A DNA stretch of 64,000 nt, taken from the IMG/VR virus record IMGVR_UViG_3300007754_000006; one strand, 5' to 3'. The translations under genes were made by a program, and so were the position numbers. Position 1 is the stretch's first letter, and each line of letters begins with the position of its first letter. Shown here piece by piece: positions 55,708 through 64,000 of the stretch. Origin of the DNA: an uncultured virus (IMG/VR IMGVR_UViG_3300007754_000006) (taxonomy: Duplodnaviria > Heunggongvirae > Uroviricota > Caudoviricetes). The notes beneath the pieces are model-generated. The model saw only the letters and a program-made list of their open reading frames with translations. It was not told where the DNA came from and ran no database searches.

Positions 55708-56322
55708 ATGGCCGATAAGAAACTGCCCACCCCTTCCGGAGGAGGAAGCCCCAACGCTCAGGCTGAGACTCTCAAGAGTCTCCCCCTCTCTCAGCTCATC
55801 GCCGCCCCCTTTGAGGCGGCCTGTGAGGCGCAGGTACAGCTTGCTCTCGCCCAGGCTGATTTCATCGACCAGATCGGGATGGTCCGGACCCAGGACGAGG
55901 GATCAGATACGTTCTCCAAGCAAGCTCGTCTGGTTCAGTTCTCTGCGACCAACCAAGCCGGAGAACAGGTTCAGGTCTCGGTTCCTCTCCTCTCCATCGT
56001 ATCCGTCCCCTCCTTGGCCATCAGGGAGATCTCCGTCGACTTCCAGGTCGAGATCAAGACGTCCTCCCGTGTCTCTGCGTCCAAGAAGAAGGATGCCTCC
56101 GTCGCGGCCTCCGCCTCCGGGGGCTGGGGTCCCTTCCGTGCCAAGGTCGAGGTCTCGGGGTCTGTCAGCTCCCAGAGGGACCGGACCCGCTCCACAGATA
56201 CGTCATCCAAGTATCAGATCTCCGTCTCCGCTGAGGATAGGGGTCCTCCGGAGGGCCTCTCCCGGCTGCTGGAGGTCCTGACTGAGTCCATCCAGACCAA
56301 GCCCTCGGAGGGAGGTTCCTGA
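55708..56322 (+). CDS. DUF2589-like protein
   Basis: 'LPLSQLIAAPFEAACEAQ..LA....DFI..IG', 'VPLLSIV.VPSLAI..I.VDF', 'TDTSSKY.I.V.A....PPEGL'. Confidence 0.78.
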   Translation: MADKKLPTPSGGGSPNAQAETLKSLPLSQLIAAPFEAACEAQVQLALAQADFIDQIGMVRTQDEGSDTFSKQARLVQFSATNQAGEQVQVSVPLLSIVSVPSLAIREISVDFQVEIKTSSRVSASKKKDASVAASASGGWGPFRAKVEVSGSVSSQRDRTRSTDTSSKYQISVSAEDRGPPEGLSRLLEVLTESIQTKPSEGGS

Positions 56323-56723
56323 TGACGCCAAACCTCCCCCTCATCCTGATGCTTCTCTCCGCAGCCTTGGGCCAGGACCCGTCCGTAGGAGGAGGAACAG
56401 CGGCTCCTGAAGGGGCTCTGACCATCCCAAGTGATCTGCTCGGCGACCTCGGCTATTTCGGCGCCATTCTTGGGGCTGGGGGTGGCGCCGGTTGGGCGGC
56501 CTTGAAGGGCATCAAAGCCGGCGCCCACAGGATCGGCCAGGCTATCGAGAACCTGACGAAGTCCATGACCGACTTCATCAACGCGATGGTAGCAGAGATC
56601 AAGGACGGCAAGCCGATTCACATCTCCATGTCCCACCGCCACGTTCACGTGATTCATGTCGTCCAATACGAGGGTGATCCTGCGAAGGCCCCTCCGCTCG
56701 GCTCTGTTGATCTGAATCCCTGA
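56322..56723 (+). CDS. putative membrane protein
   Basis: signal-like N-terminus, Gly-rich hydrophobic helix; coupled to DUF2589-like gene. Confidence 0.55.
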   Translation: MTPNLPLILMLLSAALGQDPSVGGGTAAPEGALTIPSDLLGDLGYFGAILGAGGGAGWAALKGIKAGAHRIGQAIENLTKSMTDFINAMVAEIKDGKPIHISMSHRHVHVIHVVQYEGDPAKAPPLGSVDLNP

Positions 56724-56753
56724 CGGTAACGTCTGGTCTCAACGGAGGCCAGA

Positions 56754-57329
56754 ATGCGCGTCGTGCTGATGGGGATGCCGGGTGTCGGCAAGACGACCCA
56801 GGGTGCCCTGCTCGCCGAGAGGCTTGGGATTCCCCATATCCAGACCGGCCAGATCTTCCGCACCCTCTCTGGTGTTCCCGAAGACATCCAAGAGAGGGTC
56901 CGGGGATACATGGACCGGAACGAGTTCGTCCCTGATGACCTAACCCAGCGGGTGGTCCAGGCTCGTCTCAGCCTACCGGACTGTGCTGAGGGGTGGATCC
57001 TCGACGGCTACCCGAGGACTGTCCCCCAAGCGCGGTTGTTCCGGTCCGCCTACTCGATGGATCCGGACCCTGTGCGAATCGTCCACCTGCTCCTCTCCGG
57101 GGATCCCGGGCTGGTCCAGGAGCGCCTCAAGGCTCGTCTGTTGGGGCGTGCTCGGGGTCCCGATGATCACGAGACGGCCATCCGAAAGCGGGTCTCTGAC
57201 TACGAGGCCAAGACCCTACCCGCGATCTGGTTCCTCCAGGCTCGATTCCTCTTTGCCTCGAACGTCCTGGCCAATGAGAAGATTCCGGTGGTCCATCAGA
57301 GGCTCCTCTCGGTTCTCTGCTTGCCTTGA
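56754..57329 (+). CDS. adk: adenylate kinase-family nucleoside monophosphate kinase (short LID)
   Basis: GMPGVGKTTQ, HIQTG.IFR, VPDD, GWILDGYPRT..QA, R..DD. Confidence 0.88.
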   Translation: MRVVLMGMPGVGKTTQGALLAERLGIPHIQTGQIFRTLSGVPEDIQERVRGYMDRNEFVPDDLTQRVVQARLSLPDCAEGWILDGYPRTVPQARLFRSAYSMDPDPVRIVHLLLSGDPGLVQERLKARLLGRARGPDDHETAIRKRVSDYEAKTLPAIWFLQARFLFASNVLANEKIPVVHQRLLSVLCLP

Positions 57330-57592
57330 TCCTTTCAGGTTGGCCACACCCGTTGGATCTCCCGACCGAGCTCGACGGGAACATCATCTACGAGGGTCCG
57401 ATCGAGCATCCCCGGTTCGGAGAGGTCGAGGCCGTAGAGGCTCTCCTACGTGCCCGTAAGTCCCTCGTGGAAGCGGGTGCCTACGACGCAGCAGACGAGC
57501 TTCGAGTACGGCTACAGGACTCCCACGGAGTTACTGTAGTCGATGAGGGCTCCCGGGAGGACCGCTACACAAGGTGGCGCTTCCGGTCCTGA
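57326..57592 (+). CDS. stand-alone CysRS C-terminal (anticodon-binding)-like domain
   Basis: 'LLRARK......YDAADELRVRLQDSHGVTVVD......RWR'. Confidence 0.55.
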   Translation: MILSGWPHPLDLPTELDGNIIYEGPIEHPRFGEVEAVEALLRARKSLVEAGAYDAADELRVRLQDSHGVTVVDEGSREDRYTRWRFRS

Positions 57593-57645
57593 CGAGCCAT
57601 TCCGGGTTTCGCGGTTATGCTATCCGTGATAGCCCGGAGGACCCC

Positions 57646-58269
57646 ATGACCACATTCGTACCCACAGCGGTGCTGGTCCTCAACATCGACTTCACCCCGT
57701 TGAACGTCATCTCCTGGCGTGGGGCCATGGAGAAGCTCCTGTCGGGGAAGGTCCAGTTGGTTCAGGACTACGCAGGTCGCACTCTCAGCTCCGCGACCGA
57801 GAGCTTCCCGTATCCCGCTGTGGTTCGGGTCATCTCTCGGTACGTGAAGCGGAAGGTGCGTCTCAACCGGCAGAACGTCCTGGCTCGGGATGACTACACC
57901 TGCCAGTACTGCGGAGCCAAGCCTCGGAACAAGAGCGGGAAGCCTCGCCTCGAGGATCTGACGATCGACCACGTCATTCCGCGTGCTCAGGCCAAGGACG
58001 GACACGTCAAGGTTCCTGGGGTCAAGCGGAAGTGCAGGGTCACCAGCTGGCGGAACCTCGCCACGGCCTGCTACGGATGCAACTCCACCAAGGGTCCGCA
58101 GACGCCTCGCCAGGCAGGGATGAAGCTCCTGAAGAAGCCGTGGGTTCCCACCACGGTGGACGTCGCTCGGATGACGATCTTCAAGTATCGGATCCCGGAC
58201 GAGTGGTCCTTCTATCTGCCCGAGGGCAGCCCCTGGCGCAGCTACTGGACTGCTGAGCTCATCGACTAA
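57646..58269 (+). CDS. HNH endonuclease (McrA-like)
   Basis: VLVLN..F.PL, RD..TCQYCG, LTIDHVIPR, W.NL..AC..CN..KG. Confidence 0.88.
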   Translation: MTTFVPTAVLVLNIDFTPLNVISWRGAMEKLLSGKVQLVQDYAGRTLSSATESFPYPAVVRVISRYVKRKVRLNRQNVLARDDYTCQYCGAKPRNKSGKPRLEDLTIDHVIPRAQAKDGHVKVPGVKRKCRVTSWRNLATACYGCNSTKGPQTPRQAGMKLLKKPWVPTTVDVARMTIFKYRIPDEWSFYLPEGSPWRSYWTAELID

Positions 58270-58922
58270 AGGAAGCCTGCCAAGGGCTTCCTGCTGACGA
58301 CGCCATCCTTGGTCTTCTGGACCATCCACCGCACCCCCCGTGGATCGTGGGGGTCGTGGTGGGAGGTCACGTGGATGAACTTGCGGGTCTTGATGTCAAA
58401 GCCCAGTCTATGGGCGATGTAGATGGGACCTCTGTTCGTGAACTTGATCTCTCCCAAGGCCCAGAGGACGAACAGGAGGGAGGAGCTCGCCAGGCTGCCG
58501 AATAGCCAGCGAGAGGCCTCCTGAACGAGCTCGTCGCCGAACTGCTCTTCCAGAGCGTCGGCGAGGTCCTCGTCCATATCGATGTGCTCTACCTGCAGTT
58601 GGTAGGGGTCCCTCTTCAGGCCGTTCCGGTAGGCGTTGGAATGGAAGCACGCCTCGTTTGCGGCGAGGGCTTCGATGAGGAGCAGAACCACGACCTTCTT
58701 GTCCGGATCTTCGATCGCCTGGACCAACTGGATGTAGTTCTCGGCCAGCTTCTCCAACACCTTCTTGTATCTGCGGAGGTAGCGCATCGCCTCCTTCCGA
58801 GTCCGTAGAACCCGGTCTTCAGGAAGGAGGATCGCTCTGATCTCCGGCTCCGAGCCGTCTTTCTTCGACTCGTCAGGGGTGGTGGCGCCTGTCGGGAGGT
58901 CTGGGAGAAGGGATTGAAGCAT
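58266..58922 (-). CDS. hypothetical protein
   Basis: 218 aa open frame; start uncertain. Confidence 0.55.
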   Translation of the reverse strand: MLQSLLPDLPTGATTPDESKKDGSEPEIRAILLPEDRVLRTRKEAMRYLRRYKKVLEKLAENYIQLVQAIEDPDKKVVVLLLIEALAANEACFHSNAYRNGLKRDPYQLQVEHIDMDEDLADALEEQFGDELVQEASRWLFGSLASSSLLFVLWALGEIKFTNRGPIYIAHRLGFDIKTRKFIHVTSHHDPHDPRGVRWMVQKTKDGVVSRKPLAGFL

Positions 58923-58977
58923 GCCGGTTAGATACCGTATCCAGGGGCCTCCGGGTATCTCTTCCCCGGAGGTTGTC

Positions 58978-59361
58978 ATGTCTGACCAGAACATTCTCGA
59001 CGAGGCCGTGGACAAGACGGAGGAGTTCGTCATCGATGCTCTGGATGGCGTCCTGGAAGAGGGTCTGGATGACCTGACCGATGACATGATCCGGGTGGTG
59101 GACGAAAACTTCGACCACCTCACAGGGAACGAGAGGGCGGACCTCGTGGCCTCTGCTGCCGCTACCTGGCTCACCACCCAAGGGGTCGCCTGGGTAGATG
59201 AGCATGAGGAGCAGGCCAAGGCATGGATCCTCTCTCGCGTCTCCATGCGGTTCGACCAGCTTCGCGAGAAGATCGATGAATGGCGAGAGGGCCGTCCCGA
59301 ACGGGTCGCTTCTCGGCGGAAGAAGAGGGCTGAGCGCAAGGCCAAGCGCCGCTCCCGCTGA
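58978..59361 (+). CDS. hypothetical protein (acidic N-terminus, basic C-terminus)
   Basis: GGAGG RBS. Confidence 0.65.
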   Translation: MSDQNILDEAVDKTEEFVIDALDGVLEEGLDDLTDDMIRVVDENFDHLTGNERADLVASAAATWLTTQGVAWVDEHEEQAKAWILSRVSMRFDQLREKIDEWREGRPERVASRRKKRAERKAKRRSR

Positions 59362-59736
59362 CTACAGGTCGAGCTCCCTGCGGAGCTCCCTGATTGCCTT
59401 GTTCAGCTTCTTGGGGGCGTTCTCCTGGGGGGCAAAGAACACGGTTCGCTCGGCTCTATGTCCGAAAGATCTTGGGGTCCGCCAACGCATCGTCAAGTGG
59501 ATGAAGAAGCCCCCCTTGGTCTCCCCCGCTTCCCCGTTGAGGTAGTAGCGGGCCCTCTGTCCGTTGGGTCTCCGGACATTGACATAAGACCAGATAGCTC
59601 GAGGGACTCGGTGGGAGAGAACCTGGAAGGAGCTCTGGTAGCCTCCGATGTGCTTCGGGTTGGCTCCGTCTATCCAACGGATGTTCCTCTCCCTGGTGAA
59701 CTGGATCTCCATCCATTCCTTGGTGGTCATAGGCAT
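59362..59736 (-). CDS. hypothetical protein
   Basis: 124 aa. Confidence 0.55.
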   Translation of the reverse strand: MPMTTKEWMEIQFTRERNIRWIDGANPKHIGGYQSSFQVLSHRVPRAIWSYVNVRRPNGQRARYYLNGEAGETKGGFFIHLTMRWRTPRSFGHRAERTVFFAPQENAPKKLNKAIRELRRELDL

Positions 59737-59846
59737 GAGTGGATATCCATCACCACCAAGAGGGAAAGAACCAACACTGCCCCAACCAAGAGGGCCTGGA
59801 AGACGGATTCAGGCAGACGTCGGAAGATAAGGCACTCCGGGACGGA

Positions 59847-59869
59847 GGCACCTCCTGCAGGACTCGAAC
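59847..59869 (-). pseudogene. orphan tRNA 3' fragment (GTTCGAGTCCTGC-AGGAGGT-GCC)
   Basis: T-loop and acceptor 3' strand complementary to the 5' half at 60676..60710. Confidence 0.6.
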
Positions 59870-59914
59870 ACAGCCCTGGCAGGAGGCGAGCCTGCGCTCT
59901 ATGAAGGAGAGGAA

Positions 59915-59992
59915 TGGCGCCTCGACCAGGACTCGAACCTGGGACCGACAGCTTAGAAGGCTGGTGTTCTAATCCAACTGAACTACCGAGGC
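59915..59992 (-). tRNA. tRNA-Arg(UCU)
   Basis: cloverleaf: acceptor GCCTCGG/TCGAGGC, D arm GTTC/GAAC, anticodon loop CT-TCT-AA, T arm CCAGG-TTCGAGT-CCTGG, encoded CCA; one C:U mismatch at 27:43. Confidence 0.92.
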
Positions 59993-60005
59993 ACAAAGAG
60001 GTCTC

Positions 60006-60638
60006 TCAGACAAGAGATTTTACTCTCGAGACTGTTTCCTCACTGAACGCCTTTGGGTAGTGTACTTCCAAAACCGTCCACCCTCCCTCAATCAGGAGGA
60101 GGTGACGGTTCCGATAGTACCGCTTCAAGCGTCCAGGCTGAGTGTTGTTCGGCACCACTTCGTAGTGCTGGTTACCGTTCACCTCAATCGCGACCTTCTT
60201 GCTTGGGAAGGCAATGTCGAGAGAGAAGAACCGGTCTTTGAACGGCATGTACTCTTCCTCAAAGGTGAGCCCTTCTTCCCGGAGCCGCCTTTTGAGGTGC
60301 TCGCAGGGCACACTCACGAACTTGTCTTTTCTTCGCCACGGGTGTTTGTCCGGGTTCTCCCGCAACCATCGAAGACGGGCGGCTGAGACCTTGTCCCGAC
60401 TTTCCTGTGTCCAAACCCGGTTCCTGTTGGCTTCGGCAAGGACTTTCTTGACACTGTCCGGACACTCTGTGAGAGTTCCTGCTGTGTAGCCGTTGCGGAA
60501 GTTCTTCTTCGCGGCTCTCGCCGCCCTCAAGTTCTCGACGTACACCGAACGCTTGGGGTTTTCCGAGCACCACCGGACATGGCTTGAGAACGCCCGAGAG
60601 CGAACTCCCGGATCTTTCCTGCAATGTGGACAGAGCAT
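60006..60638 (-). CDS. putative homing endonuclease (DUF559/Vsr-like PD-(D/E)XK domain, Zn finger, NUMOD3-like helix)
   Basis: GGAGG RBS; CPHC...H...C, 'WTQESRDKVS', 'FSLDIAFP..KVAIEVNGNQHY...GWTVL.V'. Confidence 0.75.
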   Translation of the reverse strand: MLCPHCRKDPGVRSRAFSSHVRWCSENPKRSVYVENLRAARAAKKNFRNGYTAGTLTECPDSVKKVLAEANRNRVWTQESRDKVSAARLRWLRENPDKHPWRRKDKFVSVPCEHLKRRLREEGLTFEEEYMPFKDRFFSLDIAFPSKKVAIEVNGNQHYEVVPNNTQPGRLKRYYRNRHLLLIEGGWTVLEVHYPKAFSEETVSRVKSLV

Positions 60639-60675
60639 TGGGCCTCCGTACCCGCAGCGAGGCATAGGGTATCTA

Positions 60676-60710
60676 AAGGCCGTTGCTCTATCCAACTGAG
60701 CTAAGGAGGC
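60676..60710 (-). pseudogene. orphan tRNA 5' half (Arg-like), truncated in the anticodon loop
   Basis: GCCTCCT-TA-GCTC-AGTTGGATA-GAGC-A-ACGGC-CTT, then non-tRNA sequence. Confidence 0.75.
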
Positions 60711-60784
60711 GTGTGGTGACGGATTCCGTTACCGTTTCAATCTTCGCCTTTGAAGCATCGGGATCTCCCTTCCGATAAGTCCTG

Positions 60785-61141
60785 CTAACCTGCCCTGCGT
60801 CGCTGAGCTCGCCATTGCTTGGGTGTAAGACCCCCGAGCTCCGGAAGGCACCACTCGCCTTGGCCTCCGAAGGTCCTCCGGCGCAGCACCTTCCCGTTGT
60901 TCCAGAGCCCCTGGAGGACGACGTTGATCCCGGCTATCTGGCCTGTGATCTCCATCATCATTTCGGCAATGCGGTCCTCTCGGTAGGGCCAGTCCTCGTG
61001 TTGGGTCTCCCCGCTGGAGACGTCCTGCGCGATGCCCTCTGAATAGCTGTCCTGGAGCTTCCGCCAGACACAGGCGTTGGTCCAGGCTACGTTGGGGTCT
61101 GATTGCAGGACAGCGAGGACCAGCTCAGGAGAGGGTGTCAT
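60785..61141 (-). CDS. hypothetical protein
   Basis: GAGGAG RBS, 118 aa. Confidence 0.6.
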   Translation of the reverse strand: MTPSPELVLAVLQSDPNVAWTNACVWRKLQDSYSEGIAQDVSSGETQHEDWPYREDRIAEMMMEITGQIAGINVVLQGLWNNGKVLRRRTFGGQGEWCLPELGGLTPKQWRAQRRRAG

Positions 61142-61183
61142 CAGCAGGTGCTCCTCGTAGGAGGAACAGACCCCATATCCAGG

Positions 61184-61774
61184 CTATTCCAGAGCGAGGG
61201 CTTCCTTGTAGATCCCCACCACGGCAGCCCAGGCGTCCTTCCCGATGGAGTTCTCTGCGAGAGCAGAGAAGGCGTCCATTACCAGCAGGCTTGCGTGTCC
61301 CAGGTTCTTCCGGGTGTGGATAATGGGAGCCTTCGGCTTGTGCATCCCTGCGTCCTGGATGTCCTGAAGCTTCTTCTCAAGGTCGGTCAGAGCTACCGGG
61401 ATGTTGTTCACCGCCCGGCCAACCATCGTGGTCTCGTGGGGAGTCAGGTCCTCGAGCTCCAGGAGAGTCCCCAGGTATGTCTCAGACTTTTGGAGAAAGA
61501 GGATCCCTCGAGCTCTCTCGATCTCGATGCTCCCTCTGGTTCCAATCAGAAGAGGAACCAGAGGCGCCAGGAACTCCTGCCGGAGCGCATCCCCGGTAGG
61601 ACCCAGCCCCATGTAGTCGTTCATGGAGACCCCGATGTTCGACAGTATCCAGCAGGCGCATTGGGGATAATGGGAGTGAGGCTCTCCTGCCAAGAGAGCT
61701 ACAGCCTCCATGAAGCAGTACTCCTTTTCTTGGGGGGCGTGCCCCCCAGCCTTCAGCTGGGGGATCTGGGTCAT
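61184..61774 (-). CDS. hypothetical protein
   Basis: 'L..G.H......CFMEAVALLAGEPHS..P.CAC......ND'; GGAGG RBS. Confidence 0.65.
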   Translation of the reverse strand: MTQIPQLKAGGHAPQEKEYCFMEAVALLAGEPHSHYPQCACWILSNIGVSMNDYMGLGPTGDALRQEFLAPLVPLLIGTRGSIEIERARGILFLQKSETYLGTLLELEDLTPHETTMVGRAVNNIPVALTDLEKKLQDIQDAGMHKPKAPIIHTRKNLGHASLLVMDAFSALAENSIGKDAWAAVVGIYKEALALE

Positions 61775-62145
61775 GAGAGCCTCCGCAGAACATGACGGGA
61801 GACTCGGAGGAGGTTGTAGTCTGCAGCGGCAAGGACACCCCTCTCCACCTTGGGGTTCTCCTTCCGGAAGGTGTGGGTGCCTCCCTGGGGTGCCAGGCAG
61901 ATGCCTCCCGCATGGCGAAGGATCAGGGAAGCCGCTGCGATGTCCCACTCCGAAAGGGTGGGGCGGAGGACGATGTAGAGATCCCCCTCCTTCATACGGT
62001 CGATCAGGGTGGACATGTACGGCTCCGTGAAGAGTTCCTGCCGATCGGAGGTGCTCCAAGGCTTCCGGAGCTTCTCCTCGACCTCTCGGAAGATACGGCC
62101 CCAAGGTTCCGGGGCTGAGTGCTTGTCGTGGCTCAGGACTCCCAC
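61771..62145 (-). CDS. hypothetical protein (true start uncertain, possible frameshift)
   Basis: coupled to downstream gene; see finding at 62140. Confidence 0.5.
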   Translation of the reverse strand: MGVLSHDKHSAPEPWGRIFREVEEKLRKPWSTSDRQELFTEPYMSTLIDRMKEGDLYIVLRPTLSEWDIAAASLILRHAGGICLAPQGGTHTFRKENPKVERGVLAAADYNLLRVSRHVLRRLS

Positions 62146-62205
62146 GTACAGGACGTTCCGGATGTCCCAGAGGAACTGGGCCTCTCTCCAGAGGATTCCC
62201 GAACC

Positions 62206-62451
62206 TCATGGGGACTTCCGAATCTGACAGGCCCCACAGAGCTTGGCGATGGGCTTGTCGTTCTGGAAGAGCTGGATCTGCGTCCGGGTCTCGTAGGAAC
62301 CCACAGTCACCTCGCGAGCTACAAGAGGTCCGATAGGAACCGTTTCCGCTCCTCGGGTGTGTCCACACTCTGGGTTGGCGTGGATGCTGGGCCGGTGACC
62401 TCGTCGCATTTGCTTGAGGGCGTGCTGGGTGGCGTAGTAGGTTCCGGACAT
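62206..62451 (-). CDS. small Cys/His-containing hypothetical protein
   Basis: GAGGG RBS; H...C...CxxC. Confidence 0.5.
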   Translation of the reverse strand: MSGTYYATQHALKQMRRGHRPSIHANPECGHTRGAETVPIGPLVAREVTVGSYETRTQIQLFQNDKPIAKLCGACQIRKSP

Positions 62452-62654
62452 GGGGAGCCCTCTTTGTCTTTCCAGTCTTCTTCCCGTGCTGCCGGACACA
62501 GAGGTGGGTCTATCCGGCCCTCCCAGTAGGCAGCCTCGTGGCGGGAATCGCACAGAGGACACCACCCGCTCTCTTCGAATACCTTGCGGATTGCCGCATA
62601 GGCGGAATCCAGTTCCGCTTGAAGCTGGTAGACCTCAGGAGTTCCGTGGGGCAT
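62319..62654 (-). CDS. hypothetical protein
   Basis: AAGGA RBS; CxxC..H; tail overlaps next ORF. Confidence 0.45.
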   Translation of the reverse strand: MPHGTPEVYQLQAELDSAYAAIRKVFEESGWCPLCDSRHEAAYWEGRIDPPLCPAAREEDWKDKEGSPCPEPTTPPSTPSSKCDEVTGPASTPTQSVDTPEERKRFLSDLL

Positions 62655-62657
62655 GTC

Positions 62658-62960
62658 TCAGGCTTCCTTGATCGGAACAGTGAGGATGACCCGAGATATC
62701 GGCCAGGAGGCAGGATCGCATGATTTGTTGAGCATGCCGACCAGGTTGGGACGCCCTGTGGAGGGTTCAACCTGATGGACCAGGACTTCCCGATCGCCCC
62801 AAATCTCGCACTCTTCGAGCTCCCGAGCTTTCTGGCGGGCGGTCGAGAGGGCAGCATCCCGATCCGCCACCCACTCGTAGCACCCAAGGTAGGATTCCGG
62901 GGGAGTGTTGGCGACTTGAGGGGTCTGTACGCAGTAGATGTGGGGGTCGTAGGTGTTCAC
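62658..62960 (-). CDS. hypothetical protein
   Basis: GGAGG RBS, GTGA coupling. Confidence 0.55.
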   Translation of the reverse strand: MNTYDPHIYCVQTPQVANTPPESYLGCYEWVADRDAALSTARQKARELEECEIWGDREVLVHQVEPSTGRPNLVGMLNKSCDPASWPISRVILTVPIKEA

Positions 62961-63283
62961 CTTTCCTCCGCGTTGGCCTTGAGCGCGCGCCACTTCCGGA
63001 CCCAGCTCATCCCCAGGTAGATTACGAGGATTCCACACAAGGCAACCAAGAGAGGCGCATCTCGGGTGAGAACCCCGGCGACGGTGGCTCCAGCGCAGAG
63101 GAGGAGCACGCTCATCTTGTAGCTGAACCAGTAGCGGCTGCCCGGGGAACCGGTGGGCAGGAACACGTAGATGCCCACGACCCCCGTGGAGACAAGGGTC
63201 TCCACCTTGAGGTTCAGTCCCATGAGCTCCCGAAGGAAGGGAACCCCAAGGACGAGAGCTACGACCACCGAGTAGACGGCCAC
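62957..63283 (-). CDS. small multi-pass membrane protein
   Basis: about four hydrophobic helices in 108 aa. Confidence 0.6.
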   Translation of the reverse strand: MAVYSVVVALVLGVPFLRELMGLNLKVETLVSTGVVGIYVFLPTGSPGSRYWFSYKMSVLLLCAGATVAGVLTRDAPLLVALCGILVIYLGMSWVRKWRALKANAEER

Positions 63284-63355
63284 TCGGCGCGGAGGGGTGG
63301 GTTGTTCTGGGCGTACATGGTAACTCCGGATATCCGGAGTTACCTTTTGGGGAGC

Positions 63356-63982
63356 CTACCTTCCCAAGAACACTGTCGGGTCGCGCTCCGCGGTCACGAC
63401 CACCGCAGGCTTCCCGAAGAGGGAGCCTGTTTGAACCAGAGCTTCCCCCATCTGGTTGGAAGATCCCCACCGACCTTCGGAGAGGAGGGTGCTCACCAGA
63501 GCGGGGTGTTCACGCCCTCCGATGGATTTCGTTCCTCGGATGTTGCCCAGATGAGTCCTGACGGCCTCGTACGCTTCGGGATGGGCCGCGCGAAGACCTG
63601 ACAGATGGCCTCGGGCCGACTCCCAGAGCCTTGAGAACACGGCCTCTGTGGAAGGGAGGGGGACAATCTTTCCCTTGACCTTTTCCCACCTCTCAGGACC
63701 GTACTCCTTGACCCCCCCTCCAGGATACGGCTTGAGAGCGCGATCCATGTCTTGGATGCCTCTCCTCTCCGTCATCCGAAGGGCTTCAGCATGGCTCATC
63801 GGAGTAGGCCACAGGAAGAAGGTAGCTCCCCGTGCCCTCATCCCGAACCCGGGAAGGAAGTTGCGAGCCAGCGCGATCTGGACAGCACGAGGGCCCTTGG
63901 CGAACACGCCCACCGTCCATTCCCCATCAAAGGTATTTCCGGCGATCAGCCCTTCAGAGGCCAATATTTTCTTCAGAGACAT
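63356..63982 (-). CDS. hypothetical protein
   Basis: AGGAGGA RBS, 208 aa. Confidence 0.6.
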   Translation of the reverse strand: MSLKKILASEGLIAGNTFDGEWTVGVFAKGPRAVQIALARNFLPGFGMRARGATFFLWPTPMSHAEALRMTERRGIQDMDRALKPYPGGGVKEYGPERWEKVKGKIVPLPSTEAVFSRLWESARGHLSGLRAAHPEAYEAVRTHLGNIRGTKSIGGREHPALVSTLLSEGRWGSSNQMGEALVQTGSLFGKPAVVVTAERDPTVFLGR

Positions 63983-64000
63983 TATCTGATCCTCCTACAG

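Noticed and set aside
59993..60675. Group I intron in the tRNA anticodon loop
   Set aside because: The endonuclease ORF fills nearly the whole interval, leaving no room for a ribozyme core, and it is followed by a complete tRNA rather than a 3' exon
60671..60710. Ochre suppressor tRNA (loop CT-TTA-GA)
   Set aside because: No 3' anticodon stem or contiguous T arm follows
1..64000. Alternative genetic code
   Set aside because: Conserved genes are uninterrupted in code 11 and end normally with TAG, TGA or TAA

Overview
GC-rich, gene-dense 64-kb segment that reads as part of a large (jumbo-type) dsDNA bacteriophage genome. It has tight ATGA/TGATG gene overlaps, many small hypothetical ORFs, phage-type replication and nucleotide genes, homing endonucleases and a tRNA, with no host housekeeping operons and no recognisable virion structural genes. 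Left (0-11 kb): two divergent sigma-like genes, an AEP-type primase, clamp-loader delta'/delta-like genes and an intein-split class II ribonucleotide reductase. The most striking feature is at 18.8-29.7 kb: an apparently complete 5-hydroxymethyluracil thymidine-hypermodification pathway (dUTPase, dUMP hydroxymethylase-like enzyme, helical 5hmdU DNA kinase, P-loop kinase, amino acid:DNA transferase-like protein). Instead of the usual amino-acid-tailoring enzymes, its operon carries a myo-inositol-1-phosphate synthase, a GT-B glycosyltransferase and two HAD phosphatases, which suggests an inositol/glyco-inositol DNA base modification (inference). Also found: an 11-copy bipartite promoter (GWTTC-N15-GVCGTAAC); a tRNA gene apparently split by an endonuclease plus replacement tRNA-Arg cassette; pyrB, glnII and adk; a CobS/split-CobT-like module; a shared N-terminal leader on two counter-oriented ORFs; a 5-copy ~80-aa domain family; and a ~1-kb repeat-rich non-coding region. 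All family assignments come from motif recognition by eye; no database searches were run.
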